A stretch of DNA of 64,000 nucleotides from NCBI GenBank assembly GCA_036172245.1, contig JAYWIR010000030.1, positions 1,302,001 through 1,366,000 on the forward strand, given 5' to 3'. Positions 26,195 through 39,240 of this stretch are shown here, piece after piece; positions within the stretch are counted from its first letter, which is position 1; the number at the start of each line of letters is the position of its first letter. The notes under the pieces were generated by a model. That model was not told where the DNA came from and ran no database searches. It saw only the letters and a list, made by a program, of their open reading frames with translations. Made by a program: the position numbers and the translations under genes. This DNA is from Raillietiella orientalis. Taxonomy: Eukaryota.

Positions 26195-27090
26195 GAAAAA
26201 GAGGGACAGCCAGCAAGGTCCATCACGTCCACAAAAGGGAAGAGGGATAAAACAAAACTAGAACAAAAAGAGACAAACTATAACAAACAATAAAAACTAG
26301 CAAAAAAAAAAGATTAGATGGGGGGAAGGGAAGGGGTCACATTTCGTGTTGAGTGAGGTCTCCTCATCCGTTGAAGGATGAGGCGAACCCTTCCTTCTTC
26401 CTTTCCAGGTGGGGCCACCTCAAAGCTATCCGCAGGAATCGGATGGCGTGCAGGACCCTTCCTCCCCCGTCATTCCGTCTTCTTTCGGCGTCGCACTTCG
26501 CCGCGGCGACCTCGCGCAAGCAGCACAGCGCTGCGATTGCGTCTGCGGAAGTCATGGCGTTTCTCACGAAGAGGGGCCTCAAAGAGTCTCTGGGATCGTC
26601 CATGGGGTCAAGAAGGGGCGCAGAGAAACATTCCCACGAGCCCCGGAGGGCGATGCACTGCATCATGAGGGGGGGGAATGTTTCCTCCTCCCCACACCTG
26701 GAACAGTGCCGTGATGCGCTTCCCCTCGTCCAGTGGTGCCGATGCGCATTGCACGGGAGATCCCAGTGCAGTATCAGCAGCGCCGCTTGCTGCCATTTAA
26801 GGGCATCAGCTTCCTGTCTATAAACACGGGGGGCGCTTCCAACTCTTCGGGCCGAATGGATAGGAGTTCTCGCCAACGTTCCAGTCCTTTGCAGACAGTT
26901 CTCACTCTTGCCGCGTCAGCCAACCGACAAGTAGTCCAGACACCGATAGGCTTCCTAGGGGCCGAGATCTTTCAGGAAACCTTCCATTTCTCCAATACGC
27001 AGGTGCTATTTATGATGGACTGTCCCCGGAAGGCTTTGTGGACCCAGAAAACCTCCTTTGCTGAGACACTGTTATCCCTGAGGCATAGCT
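26195..27090 (-). mobile_element. Tx1/L1-like ORF2 C-terminal fragment (zinc-binding zf-RVT-like region)
   Basis: ORF 26364..26876: LKWQQAALLILHWDLPCNAHRHHWTRGSASRHCSRCGEEETFPPLMMQC..LRGSW. Close homolog at 37725-38420. Confidence 0.85.
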
Positions 27091-27094
27091 AGGG

Positions 27095-27845
27095 CAGTCA
27101 TCAGCCTGCAAGATGGGAAATGAACTGTGAGATCTCAGGAATAAAGAAACTGTTGGGATACTGGATGGCGCGTCTGCTGGCTGACGCTTCCACCCCGTCA
27201 CCCTTGACAAGGGACTTCTCCTCTGGGAAGGATCTCCTCGAAATCCTGTTGGATGAAATGGAGACCCCCACTATTTCCCTGGACAGCTTCATACTTCCCC
27301 TGAAATGGCAGTTGCGACTGCCGCTTCGGTCCATCCCATGCAACGCACGATCCCATCACTGGACCAGGGGAAGTAAGGCCCCAGACTGTGCCAGGTGCGT
27401 TGAAAGAAAAACCTTCCCCTACACCTACTTTTGAAATGTGTTGCTCTCCGGTGTGTGTGGGAATGTTCGGCCACGTTCCTGAACTTCCTAGAAGATTGAC
27501 TACCCAAGAACCTCATTCAGACGCCTCTTCACTGTGACGGGATCGCCTGCCTCGGCGATCGCAGCTTCGTGCTGAGTACGCGGAATCACAGCTGCCAGAA
27601 TCCTCGACTACAGAAGCTGGAACATCTGAGAAGCCATGTCCTTCTTATCGTTTGTGAGGGTCGCGAAGAGATGGTCGCACCTGAGGCCATAACCAGGAGG
27701 AACTTGCCGGCATCCTTGAGATGATACAGAGGCCGCCAGGGAGGGCTCTGTAATCCCTTCCCTTCCCCTCCCTCCAAACATTTTAGTACTTTTTTTGTTT
27801 GATATTTATCTTTTTATTTTTGTGTCTGTTTCCTTCCCACTGATT
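27095..27845 (+). mobile_element. Tx1/L1-like ORF2 3' fragment, head-to-head with the previous copy
   Basis: ORF 27120..27434: LKWQLRLPLRSIPCNARSHHWTRGSKAPDCARCVERKTFP, then gaacttgccggcatcctt and a T-rich UTR. Confidence 0.75.
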
Positions 27846-27949
27846 TCCCTGCGCAGACCTCTTCTGGAGACTGATTTCGAGCAGAGAATTCTTCCGGAAC
27901 ATTCACGCGGAGATTCCGAGTCCACCTAAAAGACATCTCGTTCTCTGTC

Positions 27950-28900
27950 ACCACCTGAGAGACGGCAATCTGCTGCCTCTTCTCTCCCTCACCCTCACCT
28001 TTATACTTCCTTCCTGCTCCTTTTTCTCCCTTCTTCCTCCTCTTCGTCCCTTCCTCCTTCTTGCCAGCTTGTTTAGGATCCACCTTCTCCTTGTTCACGA
28101 ACAGAGAGACGCCGCACCTAAGCGTGTCGCTGCAACCCAAACGCTCGCCCTCGACTGAACAAGGGGACTAAGGCTTTTGCGCCGTGCAAGAACGGAAGTC
28201 TCATAGAGAGAGGAAGGATGGTCACTGGGTGGAAGACGTCCTTGCTTTGTTACCTCTGCCCGAGCAGGGGAAGAGGCGGAAGAGGAAACGGCAGCCGAAA
28301 GACGAAATGCGCAGACAATCGCGAGACGAGGAGCGCAGGTGACTGCCAGTGTCCGCACCACTCGCTCCACCATACTGAAGCCTCTGCCCAGATATATCGG
28401 TGGAAGCGCGTCCTCCACCGTCTGACCGATGAGGGACGGCAACAAAATGCGCACGGCAACTGCTCAAGAGTCTGAGAGGGAGGGAGTGCGAAGTTGGAGA
28501 CTCTGGGAATGGCGTACAGGCTTGGACGAGAGGATTTGACGTTTGTCCGTGCCCTGAGTCTGCCCTATGCCCGGTCATGAGGCAGGAAGATAGCCCTTCC
28601 GTGAGCACTCGAATCGAAGAGCCGGTCGAAACTCCGTGGCCCCGCCTTCGGAATGCGCATCCACCACCGAAGGTTCCTCCTCCACTGTCGCCGTCACCGC
28701 ACTTCTAAGATCTCCTGCTGCTGGAGAACCCTGGAGATCACCGAAGTAGAAGAATTTTTGCGATACCAGAAAGGAGGTTCGCGAGGTCTCCTGAGGATGC
28801 CCTGAGGATGTGATTGGCACCCGAGAAACTTCACGCCTGTGAAGAATTTCCCGATCGAAGGACGCCGAACCAGCAGATCCGCCGTGATACAGCCTCCGTT
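27950..28900 (-). mobile_element. Possible decayed LINE ORF1 region
   Basis: Knuckle-like WSEWCGHWQSP followed by a K/E/R-rich low-complexity tract. No clean motif. Confidence 0.22.
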
Positions 28901-30539
28901 TCCGGAGCCACCACTACCTCTGTGAGTGGGTGATGATATAACGTCGTCGTCACTGCTACGTAAAAGAAGAGCGGAGAAAATCGAGACAGTGACATGCAGG
29001 TACATCGACAGCCGGATGAGAAGAACAAGAGAACCAATGTGGACTTCAACAACAGTGGACACACACACTGTAACCATCTGATGGAAAGAACGACTATCAT
29101 GTGAAGGAAAGATCGGTGAATCTTTAGCTCACGTCCTCAGCAGACGTGTCAACAGCCATAGCAGCACAGGATGGGTCCACCGATGGTGATGAAAGACCCT
29201 CGAAAATCTCAGGCTAGTTCTAAGGATAATCTGAAAACAACCGACGAGCGGAGATCGTGCATTTAACTCATCATTCCTTGGTATCTCCTCGATTGCCTCG
29301 ATGCCCATGAAGGCAACTAAGAAAATTCTGCATTAAAAAAAAAAACAGCATCATAAAATCCATGTTCAGAGTATAAAAGACCAACAGAAGAGTTCGAGCA
29401 ATCGGTTTCGATGATTCGTGACAAAATATCTTCTCTTCAAAAGTGCCACAAGAGTCCATGATCAAACATCCAGAAAGCTGCTTTCTTTTCAATGCTGCAG
29501 CCTCTTCTCTTCAGTTCCCCCTGAGATCTTCGGAGGTTCTTTCGTTTGGGGAGGTGATCCACGAGATCTTTCCAATGTACATCCTGAGAATACATCATTT
29601 CTTTTCCGATGTACTTCAACTGCTCCTTACGAATTCTTGATCTCCTCAGCACATCATAATTTCGCTCACCTCCAGACCCCTGACAGCAATCGCTCTTACA
29701 ATAGGGGGCACCCCTTTTAGAAGCAAGGTGCTGAGCCAATCCTCAACACTTCTTTCTTGCATCTCGCAAGGCTGTCGATACACACTCTGAAAGGTAAGAG
29801 GCGTCCAGCTTCCAATCTTCCTGGAGCACTGCCCCTGTTCCCGGAATGGTCAGGTTGGCAGTCACCAACCCCCAGTGTTTCGGAGATGATTTCATTGATT
29901 CGGTTCACCAGCCCATCGTACCACTCTCCTCACTCGCCGTGTGGTTGTAGAGCACCTAATGTGGAGGACATGACCTACAGAATTCTCTTATCTTTCGCGC
30001 CTTCTGCAAAGGTGATCAGCGCCATCCCTGCTGAGATACTCGCGCAAGCAGAAGGCTCAGTCGCGCCGCAAGAGCAAAACCTGAGAGTCGCGGGTGCTGG
30101 TCATCGGATAGAAAATGCTCCGAAGGCTGCTTTTGTCCGAGGTAGGACGTGGTCTTCCCCTGACCCCAGTGCTTTCCGAAAGAAGCCCCCATGCTTGAGT
30201 CCAGCTGCTCGCACGATGAGTGAGAGTTCCCTCCCTTGTGAGCGCGTCTTCCAGGGCGTGTCGCCAAATGCTCTCCTGGACATCTCCCTCACGGACGTCC
30301 GCCCGTCTTCCGAGTGGTTCCGATGTCGCTGATGGGTTTGTTCCACTTTCCTGCAGCAGCTCCAGACATGAAATCCCTCGCGTCTTCATCCCTTGGTGGT
30401 GCCTGCAGTCGCCTTCCTACCACCGAACTCAAAGTCCTTGAGGACTGGAGTCCCCAAGAACCCTGAGTCAGACTTTACCAGGATCTTTGGTACATAATGA
30501 TTATTACGAAACTCAAGGTCTTTTTTTTTTTGACCTAAA

Positions 30540-31000
30540 TCTGGAACTGCCTCATCCAATAGTCTGGCCGTTTGATATCGCCGTCAAGGCGCAGGTTATC
30601 GGCTTCGTCAGGCTGATCGCCGAGGACGAGACATTCAATTGACTTATCCCTGTGGGTGTTGTGTTTTTGCCTCGGTTTTCGGCACACGTTGCTCTGCAGG
30701 CTGCAGGGTTTTCGCCTCACGTTGCTCTGGCGTCATGATCGGTGCATGTGCATTCCAACCTCTTGGATTCTCTAGGTCGTTGGTGGTGCCCCAGGACATA
30801 ACAGAAGGTTGGCACCAAAATGCTTCCTTGGGTACGACTCGCAATCCATTTTTGCTGTCGCTTCCTCAGTAAGCTGCCGTTTGGTGGTCTCTGCTGGATA
30901 TGGGCCTAAACCAAACAGTTTGCCCACGCCTTGCGGCACTCCCATGCCAGGTGGACTACCGTGAGAGAGTTCCTCTCGTTCCTCCTGGTTTCCGGTCCCA
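30540..31000 (-). mobile_element. Non-LTR reverse transcriptase relic (family distinct from the Tx1-like copies)
   Basis: The minus strand near 30807-30836 encodes QGSILVPTF then TTNDLE (PQGSILGP..F...NDL motif). Frameshifted; may extend to about 32.6 kb. Confidence 0.45.
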
Positions 31001-33989
31001 AAGTGCAGCTGTGCTCGTTCTCTATCATTTCTGGGCAGCCCAGGTCTCTGCTTGACTCCTCAAGCAGCCAAAGACGTTGCCAACGTCCATCTTCTGACTC
31101 AGCTGCCGAGGTCATCTGCTTCCGCGGTGTTCCCACTGAATGATTCTCTTGTCTTGCTCAGAGTGGGTTCCATGGGTGTGTTGTGTTGGCAGGCTGGGGA
31201 GCAAGTGGGTCTTCCTGCTTCTTTCCCCGGGGAACCAGAGGTCCATGCGGCCTGGAGAGTCCAGAGTTCTGCCTGCACAAACGTGTTTGCGTCCGAGTGT
31301 GGGTCCCCGACGAGCTTCTCGAAGGTTTCTCTTCCCTTTTCTCAGAGACCCATGCGGCAGCTTGGGTTGGATTGCTTCGAGTGCAGTCGGTAGGTCAGAG
31401 GATGCGATGCAAAGGCCCTACGGGGATCTCGTTGTGCCGTGGGGTCAAAACGACAGAACAGTTTTCGTTCCCGGGATCCCAGCGTACAGAGGGAGTCCTT
31501 TTCGCCGCAGACAGGCGACCTCGTCGTCACTCTCGAAGTCTGCTAGAGACGCAGTTTGCACTGAGGCGATCAACGCAGTCGCCAAGGAGCAACGCTCCTC
31601 ACACTTTTATTTTTTTTGACGCTAAAAACGATGTGGGCGGAGGGCGGAGGTCTGTCCTCGGATGCTTCGAGGCACACCGACCTTATTCTAAGCCTGAGGC
31701 ACATGCCAAGGACGTCTGTTAGAATTCCTTCCTCCGGATCCATTTCCCCCCATCGTAGCAGATCCCATCAGATCTCGAGGTTTGGTGTATTATCAATGCA
31801 TTCCCTCCTGAGAACAGTCGGGGAACTGGGGTGCTCTTTACTGCCTTAGGGTTTCCGGGACAAAGTGTCCCTCCACCTCTGCAGCGGGGGTCCTGCGATG
31901 CGTGTCCGCTGGCCTTAGGACTGACCTCATTGGTCTTCGACGGTTGATCCGGTATGGTCTTTGGATATCGCTGCGATTCATCGGATGTGTCGGCTGCTGC
32001 CTCTTCGGCGTCACCCTGGGTGGTTTCATTTCACAGACATCCCAAGACTTTTCCATCGATCTGCCCCAGAATGGGTTGACGCTCCATCTTTTGCTTCTCA
32101 AACTGACGTGGCGAGTGCTGCGTTGCAGGATGACTTTTGATCGTCTTCCGTCCTTCCTCTGTGGGATACGGCTTTGCTGTGGGTGGCAATTCCGCGCCTG
32201 CCTTTCCATGTTTCATCTCCAGATGATCTTTGTCTTTTTCCAGCAAGCACGGTTGCATCAATCCCATTTATTTGTCCCTGTCGAATGACGTGATGGAGGT
32301 CACTCGGTGGCTCGCTTGGTGCACCTTGGTCCACTCTGGTATGCTCCGGGCGCTTGCAATGATCTCGCTCTCACCTCCTCAGGTGGTTGCCTAGCAGGGC
32401 GTGCAGCGCCCCTAGTGGCACAGAAGTTGATTCCATGAGTGCTGAATCAGGTGAAACCATCGGCTTTTCCAATTCCATTGCGGCGCCTGTCGTTCCCGAT
32501 TCCTCCTTCTCCGTTCCAGCGGCGCTTGCGTTAGGGACTTCCCCTTGCGCCCTCATCGACTTGGCAGCTCGGTCAGCTTCCACCAAATGAGCATCGAGTG
32601 GCGCGGCCGAGTCTCCCCTGCCTGACCATACTGATTGCAGCATGCCCTCCCTAGGTCTGTGTGTTCTTTTTTTTCACATGCTCCAATGTGCACGGAGTTC
32701 GTGGATATCTCCATGCTGGAAACTCTCATTTTGCATTGTGGTCTCTGTTGCGTTCGTGCTCCAACGCGTCCATGGTGGATGTCGATATGAATGGGTGTGC
32801 ACGAAAGATTAGAGGACTTCCTGCCTATGACGTGCACCCTTCACATCCTGCACAAGTGTTTTCGAAACAACGTTGACTCCGTGCCTCCATTTGGTGTGCC
32901 ATTAGACTTTGTGCACCTCTGCGCTTACCTCTGCGTGCCCGGAAGCGAAGCGGCAGCTTGAAAGCTTGCGAACCGGCAGTCTATTGCGACGTCAGTGGAC
33001 TAAGGAATGATAGAAGTTCCTTCTGAAGTCTAACCTTTTCTATACTTTCTACTCATTTTTATTGATCGACTTTCATTCAACTTCTTCCTTGATTTGTCCA
33101 TCGTGCCGACGTTCCATTTTCAATTTCCCGGCTGCGAATTTTTTATTCCTGGGCGGCGCAAGTTAATGTCAATGTAGTACCCCTCTTGTTGTTGGTCTTA
33201 AAGCCTGCAGAACCTCGAACTTTCTGGAATTCCTCGAAGCTAGGAAGAACCGACCCCGTCTTCACGTACGGGGAGCTCGATGTCGAAAAATGCCAGTCTT
33301 GTGGTGCACTCAGCGCAACCACCTGGCGTGGAAAACAACAGCCATGCAAAAAAAGGATGACGGACGACAACGTGAAGCGGCCATCTTTCTGGATGCTGCT
33401 TCGGATTGCGGAACCGTCAACGAGGCGTGCATAGTTTCCTGGAAATAGCGATAGAATTTGCGCAAATTTGTCAGTCCGAGCTACAAAGTCCGAGCTCCGT
33501 GTCTAAAAAGATTTCTCCCACGGAGACCCGCAAGAACAAACAAGCAAACAAACCGGAACTCGATCTCTGGGAAACTCGAGCTGAATTCCACTTCCAGCGG
33601 GATCGCTATGAAGGGTGAGAATCTTCTTCATCCATTGCTTCACACTGAGAGAGAACACATTCCATACACGCACCCACCTTCAGAGTGTCCTGGTCTGCAG
33701 GGCATCTCTTTCTATGATCTTGACCATCCATTGGAAAAATAGGCTGCGAATGCCCATGATGTGTGTCTGATATCTGTTCTTCGCTCAAGAGATCGCTTCC
33801 CATCCTCAGATGTGTCGATCCTCAGACTGTGCCATTACCATACTTTCAAGTAGGGGGCACTGGCTAACAAATGAGTCATCGGAGCCATTCTTTTAGGTAG
33901 GGTTGTGGAGCCTGGAATTGGAGATTGCAAGAAAAGAACGGAAAGAAAGGAAAAGCAACGTAGCAGCCATTCGTGATTTTTTTTTTTTT

Positions 33990-34740
33990 TTTTCGAAATT
34001 AGGATAGAGATAGCCTCTTTTCCTTTCTGGTTTTGAGACGAAACAAAAATGAGGTTGGCATGACTCATTTTCATCCCTTGCGACCACCAAAGCAACTCCA
34101 GGCACTTGGTTGTTGTCCAAATAAGAAGCCCTTCTTGTCACCGTTGGTACGCTCCTCTTGGAAGTAACCCTGGTTATTCTAAAGGTCAACAGCTACAACA
34201 TGCTTAATGCCACCTTTTGAAACTCATGCGACCTTGGCGTGCAATGAGTGACGCACTCAAAATCAATCGGTTGGCTGTTTTGAGAATTCAGAAGAAGTAT
34301 GCTAGACTCATTAGACAACCGTTCAATGGAAACACGAACAGAGATCTTGGTGTCAGCTCTCTATAAACGCAGGAAAAAGTGGCCAAGCTGTAAAGTACCT
34401 ATGGAGAAGTTGCCCCTATTTGCATCCCAGGCACCCTTTCTTGAGAATGGCTTCCGCACCGGACTCGAGGCTTTCGGATGCAGCATACGATACTTGGAAA
34501 TGATCTTTAGAACAAGATAGAGTTTTTCCTATAGAGAAAGACCTCATCTGGACATCAGGAAGGAAATGCTGAGTAGGGAATGTTGCAGGATGGAAGGCTG
34601 GGAAGGAAAGTCCGACCCCTGTGATCACCATTTGTTTTGAATCTAGCAAGCTGCTCTCTCCAGACCAGAGTCAGAACGAAAGCTGCACGCTGAGCCAGTC
34701 GTTCAAGCTCCACCTGGAGATGGTATTCACACAGCAACTG
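33990..34740 (-). pseudogene. Quasi-open protein-like relic, possibly viral
   Basis: One minus frame runs about 170 codons with few stops (EKLYLVLKIISKYRMLHPK...FSRKGAWDANRGNFSIG...YLDNNQVPGVALVVARDE). Family not recognised. Confidence 0.18.
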
Positions 34741-37029
34741 GTTCGTAGGGTATTTGCGATCTTAAAATACGATGCGCTTCTTAAAATGATTTGTACACTA
34801 TTCGATCCACCAACTCTGAGGGTTTTCTCCTGATCCTGATCACGAAAGTGCCAAAATTACGAAGGCGGTAGCCACTCATTCGGTGCTTTTTTTCGAGATG
34901 CTGCATTCTTGGAAATGAGTTTTCAATGGAATTCAATTTCCTCCGCATCTTTCTGGAGAGAAAAAAAGAAGACCCCTCCTCTTTCAGGGCATTCACAACC
35001 TATCGATCCTTTCCTGATGTTTAGTCTGACCCTATTGATTCCCGGAACTCTCCTGAGTTGCAAAATCTCAAGAGGTAAACAATGCCATGATTCCTTTCAT
35101 CTCCAGGGGAATCGAGTGCACGTGATTCCCTTAACGGATGCACGGCTCCATGAGCTTCTTCGCTTTCCCTCTCTCTCCGCGTTAGCTAATCTGGCACTGT
35201 GTTTAATTAACAAAAAGCATCTCAAGAATATTCCAGGAAATCGTTTCTCTCTGCGAAGTGCCGTCGCTGGATTTCCGAGCGCCGGAAAGACTGTTTGTCT
35301 CCTCTGGTTCCAGGGATCCCGCAGGAAAAAGCGGCCGAATTCCAATGCAATGGGTCCATGAAGTTCGGATCCATTAGGAGCAGCGATCGATGATGCTGGA
35401 TGGCTGCTAACGAGTACTCCTCTATCATCATCTTTCCAAAAAATCTTCCGCCTGCAAGAATGGCCGTCAGCATGGTGGCGGCAGCCGCGGCCCTCGAAAA
35501 TGAGTGTGCAGGCAAACGTCTCGTGGAGCCTTCGGTTCGTTGCGGGAGTTCCCAGGACTTCTCGAAAGCCCCGCGAGCCGGTGGGCGCTCGTGTATCGAG
35601 GAAAAGAGCTAACCCAACAAACACGCAGCTTGCACAGTTGGGCTGTTTGAGCGGAGGGAAGGGGGGGAGAAGGAGGGAGATGGCAGGCAATCGGGTTTGG
35701 GATCCGTGGTCTGACCATGCGCCGACCGCCGAAACCGGGAACCAAATCGCATGTCAAGACGAGAGTCTACTCTGTGCTCCACTGGGATGAAACCGGGTTC
35801 CCAGGTATCCCCACGATTGCCATCAAGGGAAAACGGGAGCAGGGCAGAGCCCTTTGAACGAGGAAGAGGTGAAGGTGAGGCACGCAGGTCTCCGGTTCAA
35901 ATGCTTCCGGGTTCAAAATTCAGTTTCCCTGCGCGTTTGCTTTCTGCTTTCTTCTTCTACTTCTTCTTCGCGGTGGCACCTCACGGAAATTCGTGGAACA
36001 GAAGAACTTCTGAGCGTCTGCGCATCCACGCTTGGCGCTAAAAGGAACCACGCATAGAAAACCTCCAGAAAGAGATCCAAAAAAAGCGAAAAAGGAGAGA
36101 GGACTGGAAAGCTTCAGAAATGCCATTGCTGGAGCCCCAGTTCGCATACTTATCCCCATCTGTCAACAGGACATGGTAAGCAAGGGGATCAACGACGCGT
36201 GCAGCATGGTTCCCACACGGTCAAGACGTGCCTTAGGCAACACGGTAGCACTACGGAGACGAGATGCTAGAGAAGATGAACGGGATGAGGCTTCCACACA
36301 GGCATCCACGCTGCCTGGCCCCTACAAGAAGGAATCGGAGAGATGGATCCGGCTGCCGTGTCTCCGCTAAGATCCTTCCGCCCTTTTTTTTCTTTTTCTT
36401 CTCTTTCTTTCGTTCAATCTGGACGAAACGGGACATTAGGAGGAAGTTTCGCAAAGCCTGGAGCACGCGGAACGCAGCAGTCAGTCATCAGGCTGAGTCC
36501 TCTGCCCCGCAAATTGCTTGTCAGCTCCTCAAACACTGACAAAACTATGGAATGTTTCTACGACACTCTGGGATGTGGCATTTTTTTTTTTTCTTTTTAG
36601 CATCGACCGTTTCTCGAGCGACGAAATTGCTCCGTTCTTTCTGTTCTGTCCTTGATTAATGGATTCCGAAAATAGCAGTAAAACATCCTCGCGAAAACAA
36701 TACCGATAACTCTTCCGATTGCAGAAATGAAATTTTTCGTCAGTCCATTGATCTGATAGCTGGAGAGAAATTTTGATTAATTTTTGCCCATCATCGCTAA
36801 GGGGTGAAGCACGAGAGCGAGTTGGTCTACTTTCGTCTGTTCGTTTGTCTCTGCTCCATCATGCTGTGAAATAATTAGGCAGTGCTCCCAAATTAATTTT
36901 GCTTGTCTTCTATCCAATCAAAGCACACACACAACGAGAACGCTCCTCCTTTTTAGGATGATGGAAGCATTAAAAACACAAATCAATAGCGCCTAAATTA
37001 CCGGAGCTACAAACGCGTGAAATGCAGAC

Positions 37030-37284
37030 CCCGCGCCTGCGGCACCGCGGCTGCGGTCTCCGCTCGTGGCACCGTGCGCCGAGGGTTCGAATCCTCACGT
37101 GGAGGATCGACGGCGAGAACGTCTTTCTTTTCGAGTTGCCCCCGCAAGATGACGCTGGCTGGCCTATTCGGGTGCTGCACTGGTGGAAGCCGGAAGCCAC
37201 CGTTGACCGGTCGGGATTGGAAACTGACCCTCCGCCGTCCCTTCTAGGAATCAAGGAGTCGGTTCCCTCCCAAGCGTAAGAGGT
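37030..37284 (+). mobile_element. SINE-like host repeat, copy 2, with an EMPTY target site
   Basis: B box at 37084-37094. The sequence gggtgctgcactggt|ggaagccgg (37170-37193) joins the head directly to the downstream segment that follows the insertion in the other copies. Confidence 0.7.
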
Positions 37285-37720
37285 TTTCACCCGGTCATGC
37301 CTGGACGTGTACTTAAAGAAGAAACCCAAGGTCAGAGGGGAACAACAGTGTCCCCTCAATACAAGAGGCGCCTCAGACATGGAGAAGTTCATTCGGGATG
37401 GCCACCGGCACGCGGCCGTCTTCCAAAAAGCAGGGAACGGAGGGAGGGGATAGCAAATAAATAAAAAAAGACGGAAGGGAGGGGACAGGAATCTCTGGTG
37501 CCGAACGGTCCTTCCTTCCTAGAAGCGGCTTTGGGTGGTGTCGACTTCCCTGGCGACTTCTTGTGGCAGATGAGGCCATCCTGCTGCCGTCCTCATGAAG
37601 GCGGCTGCCCTGCTGGTGGTCTCCTTTCGCCGCGATCGTGACTCCAGAACATGGCGAGCTCGTACCATGGCGCGCGCATGCAACATCTCTTTGCTATCAC
37701 AGTGCCCTTCTCGTCTCCAA
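37285..37720 (-). mobile_element. 3' fragment of a related Tx1/L1-like family inserted in the host repeat
   Basis: Starts after gaggt with the shared terminal motif tttcacccggtcatgc, has a hairpin gagggga..tcccctc (37335-37357) and an A-rich UTR similar to the one at 11.9 kb. Confidence 0.55.
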
Positions 37721-37724
37721 AGGA

Positions 37725-38420
37725 TTGCAACGTTGGGGAGAACTCCTATCCATTCGGCCCGAAGAGTTGGAAATGCCCCCCGTGTTTATAGACAGGAAGC
37801 TGCTCCCCTTAAATGGCAGCAAGCGGCGCTGCTGATATTGCATTGGGGGTCTCCCGTGCAATGCGCGTCGGCACCACTGGACGAGGGGAAGCGCATCGCG
37901 GCACTGTTCCAGGTGTGGGGAGGAGGAAACATTCCCCCCCCCCTCATGGTGAAGAGCATCTCCCTCCGGGGCTCGTGGGAACGTTTCTTACGTCCCTTCC
38001 TGACCCTATGGACGATCCCAGAGACTCTTTGAGGCCCCTCTTCGTGCGGGACGCAGCCGCAATCGCAGCGCTGTGCTGCTTGCGCGAGGTCGCCGCGGCG
38101 AAGTGCGACGCCGAGAGAGGGCAGAGAGATGGGGAAGGGGGGGTCCTGCACGTTATGCGCTTTTTGAGGATAGCTTTGAGGTTGTCCCACCTGGAAAGGA
38201 AGAAGGAGGGACTCGCCGGCATCCTTCAATGGATGCGGAGGCCTCACCCACCACGAAATGTGATCCCTTCCCTTCCCCCCAACTCATTTTTTGTTTTGTT
38301 TTTGTTGTTGTTTTGTTGATCTTTATGGTTTGTTATAGTTTGTGTTCTTTTTGTTCTGATTTTGTTTCATCCCCCTTCCCCTTCGTGGGCGTGATGGACC
38401 TCTCACCCCCCCCCTTCTTT
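37725..38420 (+). mobile_element. Tx1/L1-like ORF2 C-terminal fragment
   Basis: RTPIHSARRVGNAPRVYRQEAAPLKWQQAALLILHW... is nearly the same peptide as in 26364..26876, in inverted orientation. Confidence 0.85.
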
Positions 38421-38424
38421 CTAG

Positions 38425-39240
38425 TGTAATAATTGGAATCGGTAGGCCATCGGTTCCATCTCCATCGATTCCTGTAGGAGAATAAAAGTCCCGGCGCACT
38501 CGGGTGTGAAATGACGGCCGCTCCTCTTCAGCCCGCTTTCTGAGAAGAAGCGTCGCAGCAAATCCGCAGCGGTGTCCTGCGGTCGACGGGTCGATGGAGC
38601 GAGTCTCCGCCACAAGTCCTCCAGGGCACTGCAGTCCAACAAAAGGTGCGAGAGCTTCTTCTTCTTCTTCAAGGCGAAGCTTTATGGTGGCGCTCCACCA
38701 TGGCGCAAATGCTGAATCACATTTGATCTCCCCCCACCTAAGACAGTTCGGGCAGGAGCTTCCCTGGAAGCCAGGTGTCTGCGCTGGTTGCACTGGAATC
38801 CCCTGTGAAGAAACAGCAGAACATTTTCACCGGACCGCGAATACGGAGGTTTCTACAGGGGAGTGACCACGAGTTCTTTGGGGACACAGCAAGCAGCTCA
38901 CTCCACCGAAGGAGTCCCTTCGCCCGGGAACGAGGAGTGGAGCCGTCCTCCAACTCGCTCGTCCTTCCAGCCGCCAAAGAGTTTCGGGACTCCCGAAATT
39001 CTTCAGGACAATCCTCACCCTGTTGGTTGGCTGCTGTGATCGTTTACCCTGAGGGCAGAGAGTGCTGCGGTAAGGGGAGCAAAGACTATCCGGGTCCATT
39101 GAGTCTAATCCTGCAGGATATCTCCCAGTGGTTTGCATAGGAGTTGCCGTAGCGGACGAAGTTCCTCTGGGCGCTCTTCTAAAGTGGCAACCTAGGACTC
39201 CAGTGCCTCCTGTCCCGCCAGGCGTTCCAGTTTGCTATTC
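38425..39240 (-). mobile_element. L1-clade ORF2 C-terminal relic, tail-to-tail with the previous element
   Basis: SCPNC and LSHLLLDCSALEDLWRRL zinc-binding motif. Uninterrupted counterpart of 24470-26192. Confidence 0.7.
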
